49,846 nucleotides of DNA from Pseudomonadota bacterium (GTDB lineage: Bacteria > Bdellovibrionota > FAC87 > UBA2466): assembly GCA_043718025.1 (NCBI GenBank), contig JAYSWN010000177.1, forward strand, positions 1 to 49,846, in the 5' to 3' direction. Of this stretch, positions 18,687 to 28,248 are shown piece after piece. The notes beneath the pieces are model-generated. The model was given only the letters and a program-made list of their open reading frames with translations, searched no databases and had not been told where the DNA came from. Positions within the stretch are counted from its first letter, which is position 1. Every line of letters begins with the position of its first letter. The position numbers and the translations under genes were made by a program.

Positions 18687-19511
18687 TTAAGATGGCTCCA
18701 AGCAATAGCGGACAAAAAAGTAAAAAATCGGTGACGACAGCGCAAGACCGTCTACCCGGTCTAGTAGGCCGCCGTGACCCGGAAGAAAGGTACCACTGTC
18801 TTTTTTATCTTGGCTACGTTTCAAAACAGATTCGAAAAGGTCACCAAACTGCGCCAGGGTGCTGATCAACGGCGAAACCAGCATGATGCGCAATCCATTA
18901 GTCGACAGGGGATCAATCTTACCGACGGCGAACATCCAAATAACCGAAGCCACGAAACAACCTACTCCCGCTCCAATGGCCCCCTCCACGGTTTTTTTGG
19001 GACTGACTCGTTCCGCAAGGCTGTGTTTGCCCATGAACTTGCCAACGAAATAGGCGGCGCTGTCGCCAACAAAAACCATGAGCAATAGGAGGAACAGGTA
19101 ATGCCGGCCCAGCTGGTCCAGATTCACGATGGGCACCATGAATGAGAAAAGGCCAACTACGTAAAACATACCCAGTAACTCAATGGAAATGTCGTGAACG
19201 GCACCCGGAAAATCACCCGATCGGCTGGGTAAAAAAACGTGGCGTATAAATAGCATCACCAGACAGCACCACATCGCCACCCAGCCCCATTCAAGTGAAA
19301 TGGAGATCGCGGTCACGGTGAGTAGCAAAAACAAAAAGGGCACCCAACGCCGGCTAAAGCTGGGCGTATCGAAAAAGAGGCGATCGAATTCAAGGTAAGC
19401 CATTACCGACATCAACAAGATAAAGGCCAAAATCAATAGTTGAGGTCCCGAGAATATTAGCCACGTTACCAAAATGGCAGCGGTCACTCCGGCCACGATG
19501 CGGGTTTTCAT
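18687..19511 (-). CDS. cdsA: Phosphatidate cytidylyltransferase
   Basis: DSAAYFVG, SPKKTVEG, GDLFESVLKR, KDSGTFLPGHGGLLDRVD. Confidence 0.95.
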   Translation of the reverse strand: MKTRIVAGVTAAILVTWLIFSGPQLLILAFILLMSVMAYLEFDRLFFDTPSFSRRWVPFLFLLLTVTAISISLEWGWVAMWCCLVMLFIRHVFLPSRSGDFPGAVHDISIELLGMFYVVGLFSFMVPIVNLDQLGRHYLFLLLLMVFVGDSAAYFVGKFMGKHSLAERVSPKKTVEGAIGAGVGCFVASVIWMFAVGKIDPLSTNGLRIMLVSPLISTLAQFGDLFESVLKRSQDKKDSGTFLPGHGGLLDRVDGLALSSPIFYFFVRYCLEPS

Positions 19512-20260
19512 GCGGGAAGCTCCGGTGAATTGCTTTTTATGTGGTTGGTGACCTTTCCGAACCGCCGTTCACGACGGCTGAACTCTTCCACTGCGCGCTG
19601 AACTTCCGCCGCCCGAAACTCGGGCCAGTAGACCGGGGTCACGTAAAACTCAGCGTAGGCGATTTGCCATAGCAGAAAGTTACTCACGCGGTACTCACCG
19701 CCCGTACGAATCAATAAATCAGGATCGGGGACTTCCGGCTGATAAAGCGCCGACGAGATCAACGCCTCATCAATGTCTTTGTGGTTCAATCGACCCTTTT
19801 CAACACCGAGGGCAATTTTTTTCACCGCATCGACAATCTCTTGGCGTGATCCATACGAAAGGCAAAGGGTGAGGGTCATTTTTGGGTTTTCAAGGTGGGT
19901 TTTGCTAATCACCCTTTGCAACTCTTGCTGCACGCGTTCGGGTAATTTTTCTAAACTGCCTATGGCGGTTAGGGAAACGCCATTTTTAATGAGCTTTTTG
20001 TCCATCGTTTTCAAATGCTGAACGAGCAGCCGCATGAGCAAGCTGACTTCAGTTTTTGGACGCAGCCAATTTTCGGTGGAAAAGGCATACAGCGTGAGGT
20101 GCCTTACCCCCATCTCTACGCACGCCGTAGTGATCTCATCAACCCGCTTGGCACCTTCGCGATGGCCATGGGTGCGCAGGTATCCTTTGCTTTCCGCCCA
20201 CCGGCCGTTGCCATCCATGATGATGGCAATGTGTCGCGGTATTTTGGTGGCCGTAGACAC
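19508..20260 (-). CDS. uppS: Undecaprenyl diphosphate synthase
   Basis: HIAIIMDGNGRWA, YAFSTENW, DLLIRTGGEYRVSNFLLWQ. Confidence 0.97.
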   Translation of the reverse strand: MSTATKIPRHIAIIMDGNGRWAESKGYLRTHGHREGAKRVDEITTACVEMGVRHLTLYAFSTENWLRPKTEVSLLMRLLVQHLKTMDKKLIKNGVSLTAIGSLEKLPERVQQELQRVISKTHLENPKMTLTLCLSYGSRQEIVDAVKKIALGVEKGRLNHKDIDEALISSALYQPEVPDPDLLIRTGGEYRVSNFLLWQIAYAEFYVTPVYWPEFRAAEVQRAVEEFSRRERRFGKVTNHIKSNSPELPA

Positions 20261-20265
20261 AGTTT

Positions 20266-20817
20266 TCAGATGTTCATTATGTCTTTAGATTTAGATTCAA
20301 CCAACTTGTCGGTCTCTTGCGAGAACTGGTCGGTTACTTTTTGCAGCTCGTCTTGAAAACGGCGCATCTCATCTTCAGACATCGGCGAGTCTTTTTCTTT
20401 CTTGGCGGTATCCATCACGTCACGACGGGTGTTTCGAATGGCAATTCTGGTGTCTTCGCCAAGTTTCTTAATTTGTTTTACGAAGTCTTTACGGCGATCT
20501 TCGGTCAATGGGGGAAGATTCATGCGGATAATTTTGCCGTCGTTCATCGGGGTGAGTCCAACGTTTGCCGCTAAGATCCCCTTTTCAATCTCTCCGAACA
20601 ACCCACGGTCCCAAGGGGTTACGGTGATAGTGCGCGCATCAGGAATGGAGATCGCGGCAACTTCCTTTAGAGTCATCATGGTGCCGTAGGCATCAACTTT
20701 AACCCCTTCCACCATTGAGGTTGTGGCTCGGCCCACGCGTAGGCGCGAGAATTCGAGTTTCAAATGCTCAATGGCCTTTTCCATCGCTTTTTTAGCGTCC
20801 ATTACCTCTGCGTTCAT
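20266..20817 (-). CDS. frr: Ribosome recycling factor
   Basis: [26 protein letters not shown]; conserved synteny. Confidence 0.97.
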   Translation of the reverse strand: MNAEVMDAKKAMEKAIEHLKLEFSRLRVGRATTSMVEGVKVDAYGTMMTLKEVAAISIPDARTITVTPWDRGLFGEIEKGILAANVGLTPMNDGKIIRMNLPPLTEDRRKDFVKQIKKLGEDTRIAIRNTRRDVMDTAKKEKDSPMSEDEMRRFQDELQKVTDQFSQETDKLVESKSKDIMNI

Positions 20818-21563
20818 CGCTCTCTCCTAACAAAAGTGCCGACCTTGTCTCCTAGTACGGCACGCTTAAAGTTGCCACCCTTGCTCAAATTGAAAACCAG
20901 TATGGGTAGATCGTGATCCATGCAAAGCGAGATGGCAGTTGAATCCATCACTTTTAAACCCTTTTTCAAGACATCAAGGTAGTCGAGCGTTTCAAACAGC
21001 GTGGCGTCAGGATTGGTTTTAGGATCATCACTGTAAATCCCATCTACCTGCGTGGCCTTCATGATGATTTCAGCATTCACTTCCATGGCGCGCAGGCTTG
21101 CCGCGGTATCGGTGGTGAAATACGGGTTACCGGTACCAGCCGCAAAAATAATGATGCGCTTTTTTTCGAGGTGGCGAACCGCGCGGCGGCGAATGTAGGG
21201 CTCACAGAGTTGATGCATTTCAATTGCAGAGAGCACGCGGGTATAAATGTTTAGCTTCTCAAGCTGATCTTGTAGGGCCAAACTGTTGATCACCGTGGCT
21301 AACATGCCCATGTAGTCGCTGGTGGCGCGATCCATTCCCTTGGCCGTTCCAGCAATGCCGCGAAAAATGTTGCCACCGCCAAGAACAATGGCGATTTCAC
21401 AACCCATGTGATGCACTTCGGCCACTTCCCTGGCGATCCGCTCAATGGTTTCGGTGCTAATGCCAAAGCCTTTGTCGGCGGCCAGAGCTTCACCACTTAA
21501 CTTAAGCAGTACCCGTTTATAGGCGATAGGGTGGCTGCCAGTCTTTTTGGGTGCTTCGATCAT
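20814..21563 (-). CDS. pyrH: Uridylate kinase
   Basis: [32 protein letters not shown]. Confidence 0.97.
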   Translation of the reverse strand: MIEAPKKTGSHPIAYKRVLLKLSGEALAADKGFGISTETIERIAREVAEVHHMGCEIAIVLGGGNIFRGIAGTAKGMDRATSDYMGMLATVINSLALQDQLEKLNIYTRVLSAIEMHQLCEPYIRRRAVRHLEKKRIIIFAAGTGNPYFTTDTAASLRAMEVNAEIIMKATQVDGIYSDDPKTNPDATLFETLDYLDVLKKGLKVMDSTAISLCMDHDLPILVFNLSKGGNFKRAVLGDKVGTFVRRER

Positions 21564-21587
21564 TATGCGCCTTTCGGGAGCTTTTTT

Positions 21588-22205
21588 TTACGCGTCAGCT
21601 TTTGGAGCCGAGAGGCCTTCGCCAAGCTGGAAACGGGCAAACCGTCGAATCGACATGTTTTCGCCAAGCTTAGCAATCATCTCTTTAAGTAACGACTCAA
21701 TGGTCTTGTCAGGATCTTTTACAAAACGTTGCTGCAACAAGCAGTTTTCTTCGTAGAACTTGCTGATTCGGCCATCTACGATTTTATCAACCACGGGCCC
21801 CTTTTTTCCTTGGGCTTCGGCTTGGGCTTTCAAGATCGAACGTTCGCCTTCAATGTCGTGATTGGGCACTTGTTCTTTATTCAAGTAACGAGGGTTAGCT
21901 GCCGCAATGTGCATGCAAACGTCGTTGGTGAATTTCACAAAGTCGTCGGTACGGGCCACAAAATCGGTTTCGCAATTGATCTCAACCAGCACGCCAATTT
22001 TTCCGGTGCCGTGGATGTACGAATGAACGCGGCCATCGTTGGCAGAACGGCCAGCTTTTTTTGAAGCGCCGGCGATCCCTTTTTCGCGAAGGTAAACGAT
22101 CGCTTTATCAATATCATTTTGGGTTTCGACCAGGGCCTTCTTGCATTCCATCATGCCGGCGCCGGTACGCTCTCGAAGCTCTTTTACTAAACTCGCTTCC
22201 GTCAC
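21588..22205 (-). CDS. tsf: Elongation factor Ts (short form)
   Basis: VKELRERTGAGMMECKKAL, NCETDFVA. Start GTG 22205 follows AAGGAG. Confidence 0.96.
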   Translation of the reverse strand: MTEASLVKELRERTGAGMMECKKALVETQNDIDKAIVYLREKGIAGASKKAGRSANDGRVHSYIHGTGKIGVLVEINCETDFVARTDDFVKFTNDVCMHIAAANPRYLNKEQVPNHDIEGERSILKAQAEAQGKKGPVVDKIVDGRISKFYEENCLLQQRFVKDPDKTIESLLKEMIAKLGENMSIRRFARFQLGEGLSAPKADA

Positions 22206-22251
22206 AGTCACTCCTTAAAAATTACAGAACAATTACAATCTTGATTTAGGA

Positions 22252-22285
22252 CGGGGCCCGCCGCGCAGTAGGCGGCAGGGCCCCG
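22252..22285 (-). other. GC-rich stem-loop between rpsB and tsf (possible attenuator or stability hairpin)
   Basis: CGGGGCCC-GCCGC...GCGGC-A-GGGCCCCG inverted repeat; no clear U tract. Confidence 0.55.
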
Positions 22286-22297
22286 ATCCAAAACTAA

Positions 22298-23194
22298 TTA
22301 CTTGGCGTCTTCGGGTTTAACCACCGGCGCCTCTTCGGGCTCTTCGTCGATGATCCCGGCATCTACTTTATAGTCGATATCGGTAGGAATGTTACGAACC
22401 GTCTGTTTTTTAGCGACGCGTTCTACCACCGGACCCGACGGCTTTGCCGCAACCGGCTCTGGCTTCATGTCGGCGTCTTTATCTTCTTTTTGCGAGCGAG
22501 CGCGCTGTTCAAAGGCGGCTGCGCCTTCTAAACAAGCATCCGCAATCATGTTTACGAACAACGACACCGATTTGATGGCGTCGTCGTTACCCGGAACCAC
22601 GAAATCAATGCGGTCTGGATCGCAGTTAGTATCCACAATCGCAACAACCGGAACTCCGAGGCGGTTAGCTTCGTTAACGGCAATGCGTTCGTTTTCTGGA
22701 TCGACTACGAAAAGCGCGGCCGGAAGCGAACGCATGTGGCGAACGCCACCAAGGCTGGCATCCAGCTTCTTACGTTTGCGTTCCAAAACTACGGTCTCTT
22801 TTTTGGGAAGCAGGCCATACGTGCCGTCGGCGCGCATTTTGTCGAGCTCATCCAACCGTTCGCAACCACGGCGAATCGTTTTAAAGTTGGTGAGCGTTCC
22901 GCCCAACCAGCGCTCGGTTACAAAAGGCATTCCGGCGCGACCGGCCGCCTCTTTAGCTAATAGCTGAGCCTGCTTCTTTGTAGCGACGAATAAAACTTTT
23001 CCGCCATCGGCGACCGTGTTCTTAACGAACTGGCAAGCATCCTTGGCCAAGCGCACGGTTTTTTCGAGGTCAATAATGTAAATGCCGTTACGAGGTCCGT
23101 AGATGTATTGCTTCATCTTTGGATTCCAACGGTGGGTTTGATGGCCGAAGTGGACTCCCGCTTCGAGCAGGTTTTTCATGGAAATGTCAGGCAC
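22298..23194 (-). CDS. rpsB: 30S ribosomal protein S2
   Basis: [36 protein letters not shown]. True start GTG 23194 after GGAG; the ORF-track extension to 23314 is leader sequence. Confidence 0.97.
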   Translation of the reverse strand: MPDISMKNLLEAGVHFGHQTHRWNPKMKQYIYGPRNGIYIIDLEKTVRLAKDACQFVKNTVADGGKVLFVATKKQAQLLAKEAAGRAGMPFVTERWLGGTLTNFKTIRRGCERLDELDKMRADGTYGLLPKKETVVLERKRKKLDASLGGVRHMRSLPAALFVVDPENERIAVNEANRLGVPVVAIVDTNCDPDRIDFVVPGNDDAIKSVSLFVNMIADACLEGAAAFEQRARSQKEDKDADMKPEPVAAKPSGPVVERVAKKQTVRNIPTDIDYKVDAGIIDEEPEEAPVVKPEDAK

Positions 23195-23204
23195 TGATTT
23201 GCTC

Positions 23205-23268
23205 CGGTTAATCCTCCGCCCCTCGGACCCAAACTGATGGGACCAGAGTATTTGTTGGGGGCGTGTGA
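23205..23268 (-). ncRNA. rpsB 5' leader (t44-like S2 autoregulatory RNA)
   Basis: Minus strand CACACGCCCC...GGGGCGGAGGATTAACC: the CACAC start, CGCCCC/GGGGCG stem and GGAGG..TAACC end match the known rpsB leader pattern. Confidence 0.7.
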
Positions 23269-23413
23269 ATTTTGAAAACGCGAAAGGATTACCATGCTTT
23301 AGGTGAGCGAGCAAGGTAAGGGTTAACGGCCTCTGGCTGCGTCCTTACCTCACTAAACTCAACAACTTAGCCTATGGACGGCGGCGGTAGCGTAGGGCAA
23401 AGTCGGGGAAGCA

Positions 23414-25279
23414 ATGATTTCACCCCTCTTCGATAAGCTCAGTGCCGAGGTAAAGACTTGGCCCACGCAACCCGGAATTTATATAATGCGCGATTCCGCC
23501 AAGCGCATTCTTTACGTGGGTAAAGCCAAGAATCTGCGCAATCGCATTCGCAGCTATTTTCAAAAGTTTGAAGCACAAACCGCCAAAACCCGGGTGCTAG
23601 TTAAAAGAATTTGCGAAGTAGAGTTCACGGTTACCAATACCGAACTCGAAGCCCTGTTGCTCGAATGCAACTTAATTAAAAAGCACCGGCCGCGTTACAA
23701 CATTCGGTTGAAGGACGACAAAAATTTTCCTTACGTGGTGTTGGATTTTACCCACCCCTTTCCGCAGTTTCGGATCACCCGCAAGGTGCACTCCTCACCC
23801 AACTTAAGGTATTTTGGGCCGTTTGGGGCCGGGGCCGCGGAGATCGGCCGGTTCTTGCTAAAAACCTTTCAGATTCGCGATTGTTCGGATTCCAAATTTA
23901 AAAACCGCGAACGTCCCTGTTTAAATTACGAGATTGGTACTTGCACCGCGCCCTGCGTGGATTACGTCACCCAGGAGGCCTACGCGCAACAGATTCAAGA
24001 GGCGAGTCTGTTTTTAAAAGGCAAGAAGCGCGAGCTCACCGCCAATCTACGGCGCCAGATGCAAGCCCTTAGCGATAGCCAAAAGTACGAGCAAGCGAAA
24101 CTCATCCGCGACAAAATTCACTCGATTGAGAAGCTGACCGAACGTCAGGACATGGTGCTCACCGAAAAGCAGATAGACATCGACATTATCGGTAGCTACC
24201 AGGTGGACCGCGACATTCAGTGGGTAATTTTATTCGTGCGCGGCGGTTTTTTAACCGGGCGCCGTTCGCTCAAAACCCAAATTTCGCTGGATACGGTCGA
24301 AGAGGCCACGGTCAGTTTCTTAGAGCAGTTTTATACCCAAGGTCTCATCCCCGATGAAATATGGATGTTCAACGATTTTCCGGAGCGGGAGAATATTGAA
24401 AAACTATTGCAGTTGCAGGCTAACCGTGAGGTGAAGCTAAGAATTCCGCGCGGGGAAAAACCTATTCGCTTACTTGGCATGGCGCATGAGAACGCGAAAC
24501 TGATTTATATCGATGCCAAGAAGAAGCAGGGCGTTTCCGAAAGCGAAGAGGTGAGTAAGGCGTTGGGGATGAGCGAAATTCCGCACTCGATCGAAGGCAT
24601 CGATGTTTCGAACCTGCAAGGCACCAACCCGGCAATTGCGTTGGTGCACTTTGCTGACGAGCGGCCATTGAAAAGTCGTTACCGGCTTTATTACCCAAAG
24701 ACCGTCGAAGGTCAGGATGACTTTGCGATGATTTACGAAGTGGTGTTGCGTCGGTTTTCGAAAATTGATCCCCCGCCGCCAGATCTGCTGTTAATCGATG
24801 GCGGAAAAGGGCAGTTGGCCTCGGCCGAGCGTGCGTTGAAAGAGCTGGGACTGGATATTCCCCTTTGTTCTTTGGCCAAAGCCCGCACTCAGTCGGCCTT
24901 TACCCGCAAAGAGGTGAATAGAAGCCAAGAGCGCATTTTTTTGCCGGGGCGCAAAAATCCTGTTCTTTTGGCGGAAGGTCACCCGGCGTTGCGTTTGTTG
25001 CAGCGCGTGCGCGATGAGGCCCACCGTTTCTCGGTGGTCAGCCACCGGCGGCGGCGCAAGAATAGCGCTTTTAAAAGTGGGCACTTGGACGCTATTTCCG
25101 GTGTCGGTGAAAAGACGAAAGAAAAGCTGATGAAACTATTTGGCGGCCCCGCGGAAATTGCCGCGGCGTCCCAGGAAGAGCTCATTGAGGCGGGGTTGAG
25201 CGACCGCCAAGCAAAAGCAGTGCGTCTCTACTTTGCGGAACTGGTACCTGCCCTGTCTGCCCGTGGATCAGAAGAGTAA
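23414..25279 (+). CDS. uvrC: Excinuclease ABC subunit C
   Basis: PGIY...YVGKAKNLRNR GIY-YIG domain, UVR domain, LIDGGKGQL, RDEAHRF, HhH. Confidence 0.97.
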   Translation: MISPLFDKLSAEVKTWPTQPGIYIMRDSAKRILYVGKAKNLRNRIRSYFQKFEAQTAKTRVLVKRICEVEFTVTNTELEALLLECNLIKKHRPRYNIRLKDDKNFPYVVLDFTHPFPQFRITRKVHSSPNLRYFGPFGAGAAEIGRFLLKTFQIRDCSDSKFKNRERPCLNYEIGTCTAPCVDYVTQEAYAQQIQEASLFLKGKKRELTANLRRQMQALSDSQKYEQAKLIRDKIHSIEKLTERQDMVLTEKQIDIDIIGSYQVDRDIQWVILFVRGGFLTGRRSLKTQISLDTVEEATVSFLEQFYTQGLIPDEIWMFNDFPERENIEKLLQLQANREVKLRIPRGEKPIRLLGMAHENAKLIYIDAKKKQGVSESEEVSKALGMSEIPHSIEGIDVSNLQGTNPAIALVHFADERPLKSRYRLYYPKTVEGQDDFAMIYEVVLRRFSKIDPPPPDLLLIDGGKGQLASAERALKELGLDIPLCSLAKARTQSAFTRKEVNRSQERIFLPGRKNPVLLAEGHPALRLLQRVRDEAHRFSVVSHRRRRKNSAFKSGHLDAISGVGEKTKEKLMKLFGGPAEIAAASQEELIEAGLSDRQAKAVRLYFAELVPALSARGSEE

Positions 25280-25374
25280 TTTGAGAAGTTGCGCTGCCAC
25301 TTTTTGCGTCTTAATTTAGGAGTGATCATCAAGTGACGGGGCACCTTCGAGGCTGATATAGTTGAAGAAACGAC

Positions 25375-26064
25375 ATGCATAACATCATCATCATTGAAGA
25401 CGATCCAGGAATTAGGGAGTTAGTTGGAATTGCTTTGGCCGACCGCTACCACGTCACCGTTGCCGACTCGATTCGTGAAGGAGAGCGGCTTTTAACCGAG
25501 AAAAAGTTCGATCTGATTTTGCTCGACGTAAGTTTGCCTGACGGCGACGGTTTTCGTCTTTGCGCGCAAATTCGCAATTCCACCGAGAATCGAAAAACTC
25601 CGGTAATTTTTCTTACCGGCCGCACCGAAGTTCCCGACAAGGTTCATGGCTTTTCGGTTGGAGGCGACGACTACCTCACCAAACCTTTTCACATTGATGA
25701 ACTGTTAGCCCGAATTGAAGCGCGGTTAAAAGCAACGAAGCTGGGCAGCGAAGAGACTGAGCATGTAAAAGTGGGAAATCTCCGTTTGTCTTACAACTCT
25801 CACTCGCTGTGGATTTCGGAAGGGGTCGACGAGCGAGCGGTGGACACCACGCCCATTGAATTTAAACTGGTGGCGTTTTTTGTTCGCCACCCCAATCACC
25901 TCTACAGCCGCCACGATCTCATTCACGAGATTTGGGGCGACGAAGCTGAGATTTCTGAGCGTAGCGTGGACAGCCACATCTCTAACTTGCGTAAGAAGCT
26001 GAGCGGTAGCACCCACACCATCCAGTCAATTCATGGACGTGGTTATAAATTCGTAAAGCAGTAA
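25375..26064 (+). CDS. OmpR/PhoB-family response regulator (no adjacent cognate kinase)
   Basis: IEDD, LLDVSLPDGDG, GGDDYLTKPF; winged helix RSVDSHISNLRKKL...GRGY. Confidence 0.93.
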   Translation: MHNIIIIEDDPGIRELVGIALADRYHVTVADSIREGERLLTEKKFDLILLDVSLPDGDGFRLCAQIRNSTENRKTPVIFLTGRTEVPDKVHGFSVGGDDYLTKPFHIDELLARIEARLKATKLGSEETEHVKVGNLRLSYNSHSLWISEGVDERAVDTTPIEFKLVAFFVRHPNHLYSRHDLIHEIWGDEAEISERSVDSHISNLRKKLSGSTHTIQSIHGRGYKFVKQ

Positions 26065-26129
26065 CGGCAATGCTGTTTTCCACCTTCACGATTTCCAGCC
26101 TCTAAAAAATATAAAGACAGAAATTCGTG

Positions 26130-26669
26130 CTACGGCCGGCGATCCGAGGCTTTCACGAGCTGCAGATAGCGATTTTCATCTATCTTTGTAAAAACACGGG
26201 TCGTGTCGGCATTGTCCGGATCGGGAAACTTTAGCGTCGTAGCATCGACTTGCTGAACCGTGATTCGCTTTTCGGGACAATCCGGGTTGGCCAGAAAGAT
26301 AAACTGCTTTCCTTCCACTTGATAAGAGCGCGGTCCCTGAGTGCAACGCGACACCGTGGCGTAAACCGCTTGCCCTTTTAGCGAGTCGGTCGGTGAAAAA
26401 CCAGCCTTGCTATCTTTAAACGTGAGCACCATCGACTCGTTTTCCAGTGCTTTCTCGATTTTGCTCGAATGTTCCGACTCGCGAAGAAGCCAATGACCCT
26501 GTATCTGACTTTCGTTAATAGCTCCGGTTACGGCGTCGGTGACCTTGCCGCACGATAAGTTGAGCAAAGGCAACAAGGTAGCCATAGCCACAAAGCCAAA
26601 GGAATATTTAGTGTTTTTGTTTCTGTTCTGTTTATTGTTCATAATTCTAATTGGTGAATTAAAATTCAC
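26130..26669 (-). CDS. Hypothetical lipoprotein (lipocalin-like beta domain; start uncertain)
   Basis: Lipobox-like LNLSC; IQGHW resembles the lipocalin GxW motif; last gene of the CsbD operon. Confidence 0.6.
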   Translation of the reverse strand: MNFNSPIRIMNNKQNRNKNTKYSFGFVAMATLLPLLNLSCGKVTDAVTGAINESQIQGHWLLRESEHSSKIEKALENESMVLTFKDSKAGFSPTDSLKGQAVYATVSRCTQGPRSYQVEGKQFIFLANPDCPEKRITVQQVDATTLKFPDPDNADTTRVFTKIDENRYLQLVKASDRRP

Positions 26670-26678
26670 TTTTCCTTT

Positions 26679-26846
26679 TTAGTTGGATTTGAGACGTCCG
26701 CTGCTTAATAAAAGCACCGCAACAACGATAAAAAACAAAATACCTCCCGCTGGGTAATAGCCCCAAGAATGGCTGTACGGCCAAGTGGGAAGGACTCCGA
26801 AGAGACTTAGGATCAAGATGACCAGGAGAACGTTTATGAGAGACAT
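26679..26846 (-). CDS. DUF3309-family small membrane protein (55 aa; not in the ORF track)
   Basis: Manual translation MSLINVLLVILILSLFGVLPTWPYSHSWGYYPAGGILFFIVVAVLLLSSGRLKSN contains the LPxWPYSxxWGYYP signature; AAGG SD. Confidence 0.88.
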   Translation of the reverse strand: MSLINVLLVILILSLFGVLPTWPYSHSWGYYPAGGILFFIVVAVLLLSSGRLKSN

Positions 26847-26869
26847 AAATTACCTTTCCGTTAGTAAAC

Positions 26870-27151
26870 TTAATGCAACGTGCGCTTAATACGCTCGTAG
26901 CCTGCTTTGACGGTTTCGAAGAGAAGTTCTGTTGCCGACTCCACGTCGAGCGCCGTTTGTTTTGCGGCTTGATTAACAGGGGAAAATTGCCTTTTAAGGA
27001 CTCTCCAATCGTCTTCTAGTTTTACCCATTCTGATTTCACTTCGGCCTTAAATAGGGCAGCCTGTACCTCTAATTCACCGCGAAGCTGCTCGAGACTTTC
27101 AATTTCCCTACGTTTGATTTGGTGTGCTCGCATTTTAAAAATCTCCTTCAT
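26870..27151 (-). CDS. Small coiled-coil hypothetical protein (alternative start 27133)
   Basis: Helical 93-aa ORF with ATGA overlap to the upstream CsbD gene; AAGGAG SD before ATG 27133. Confidence 0.7.
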   Translation of the reverse strand: MKEIFKMRAHQIKRREIESLEQLRGELEVQAALFKAEVKSEWVKLEDDWRVLKRQFSPVNQAAKQTALDVESATELLFETVKAGYERIKRTLH

Positions 27152-27348
27152 CGGCCGGCGTCGAGAGCAGAGTCGACCACCTTTTTAATGGCGTCCTTGG
27201 CCTTGCCGATGTTCTTGCTCACATTCCCCTTAATTTGCCCCCCTACGCCTTCTGCTTCCATTTGTCGGTTGCCCAAAGCGTGTCCCAATTCTTCTTTGAC
27301 TTTACCTTTTGCGTTTTGCCACGCGCCGGTAATTCTATTTTTATTCAT
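27148..27348 (-). CDS. CsbD-family general stress protein
   Basis: MNKNRITGAWQNAKGKVKEELG...GN..MEAEG...QIKG pattern. Confidence 0.9.
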   Translation of the reverse strand: MNKNRITGAWQNAKGKVKEELGHALGNRQMEAEGVGGQIKGNVSKNIGKAKDAIKKVVDSALDAGR

Positions 27349-27363
27349 TAGATTTTCCTTTTT

Positions 27364-27561
27364 TTATTTACCATCGAGGATCGAATCGACCTTTTTCTTA
27401 ACGGACTCTTTCAAGTCGCCGAGCCCCTTTTGCACTTTGCCCTCTACCTGATCGTAGACCCCTTCGGCTGTCAGCTTATCGTTACCGGTAAGGTGTCCGA
27501 CCTCTTCCTTAACTTTTCCCTTAATTTCGCTGAGTACACCTTTTACTTGTTTGCTATTCAT
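27364..27561 (-). CDS. CsbD-family general stress protein (paralogue)
   Basis: KGKVKEEVGHLTGNDKLTAEG..DQVEGKVQKGLGD pattern; AGGAGG SD. Confidence 0.9.
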   Translation of the reverse strand: MNSKQVKGVLSEIKGKVKEEVGHLTGNDKLTAEGVYDQVEGKVQKGLGDLKESVKKKVDSILDGK

Positions 27562-27589
27562 ACTTTCCTCCTGAAAAAAAGTTGTTGAG

Positions 27590-27877
27590 CTATTTAGTGA
27601 TCTTATCGGCTTCGTGCTTCACTTCGTCCTGGGTGTTTCTTGCCGCGTCTGCGGCCTCATCCTTGAAGTCTTTCCATTTACTTTCCTGTCCGGTCACGTT
27701 GCGGCCGGCTTTTTTCAAATCGCGTTTGGCGGAGCGAGCGGTCTTTTTTACGTCGAGTTTGGCTCGGTCAAGATTGTTTTGTGCCGAGTCGCCAAAGCCA
27801 CTGGGCGCCAACGCGAGCTGGGCCGCTAGTATTGTGCTCAAAAATCCATAAGTTCCAAAGCGGGTAAGTGATTTCAT
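27590..27877 (-). CDS. Secreted hydrophilic (LEA-like) hypothetical protein
   Basis: GGAG SD before ATG 27877; signal peptide; K/D/A-rich amphipathic mature region. Confidence 0.72.
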   Translation of the reverse strand: MKSLTRFGTYGFLSTILAAQLALAPSGFGDSAQNNLDRAKLDVKKTARSAKRDLKKAGRNVTGQESKWKDFKDEAADAARNTQDEVKHEADKITK

Positions 27878-27921
27878 TTGTTGGTCTCCATTGCGTGAAC
27901 TCGTGTTACGGGCAGAAACAG

Positions 27922-27937
27922 TGCATGGCACATGCCA
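27922..27937 (-). promoter_or_regulatory. Sigma54 (-24/-12) promoter for the CsbD operon
   Basis: Minus strand TGGCATG-TGCC-ATGCA (GG-N10-GC), about 45 bp upstream of the ATG. Confidence 0.7.
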
Positions 27938-28186
27938 CCTCAAACGAGCCCGTCCTGGCTTCTCTACTGGGGAAAAATTACGTTAATGGGGGCGAAATTC
28001 CCCATGGCCTGAGGCTTGCCCCCTTACTCTGTAAACAAAGGTGTTTCTTAAGGGGGAACGTATGGAAAAGAAAAAAATGTGTAAGCAGAGGTGTTGCGAT
28101 TTGTTACGGAGGATCGCATCCAGTGCGTTCGTCGTATACCTTTTCCCACGATAAAGCCTCGTGGATGCTTCGCAGTTACCTCAAAT

Positions 28187-28228
28187 AAAAAAACGGAGGG
28201 AATGGCCAAAGGTCATTCCCTCCGTTTT
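28187..28228 (-). terminator. Intrinsic terminator (probably bidirectional) after the OMP gene
   Basis: AAAACGGAGGGAATG...CATTCCCTCCGTTTT long stem with A/T tracts on both sides. Confidence 0.85.
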
Positions 28229-28248
28229 CTAACTAATCCGAAACTTTT

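Noticed and set aside
23195..23314. 40-aa N-terminal extension of S2 in the ORF track
   Set aside because: It corresponds to the rpsB leader RNA and promoter; the SD supports GTG 23194.
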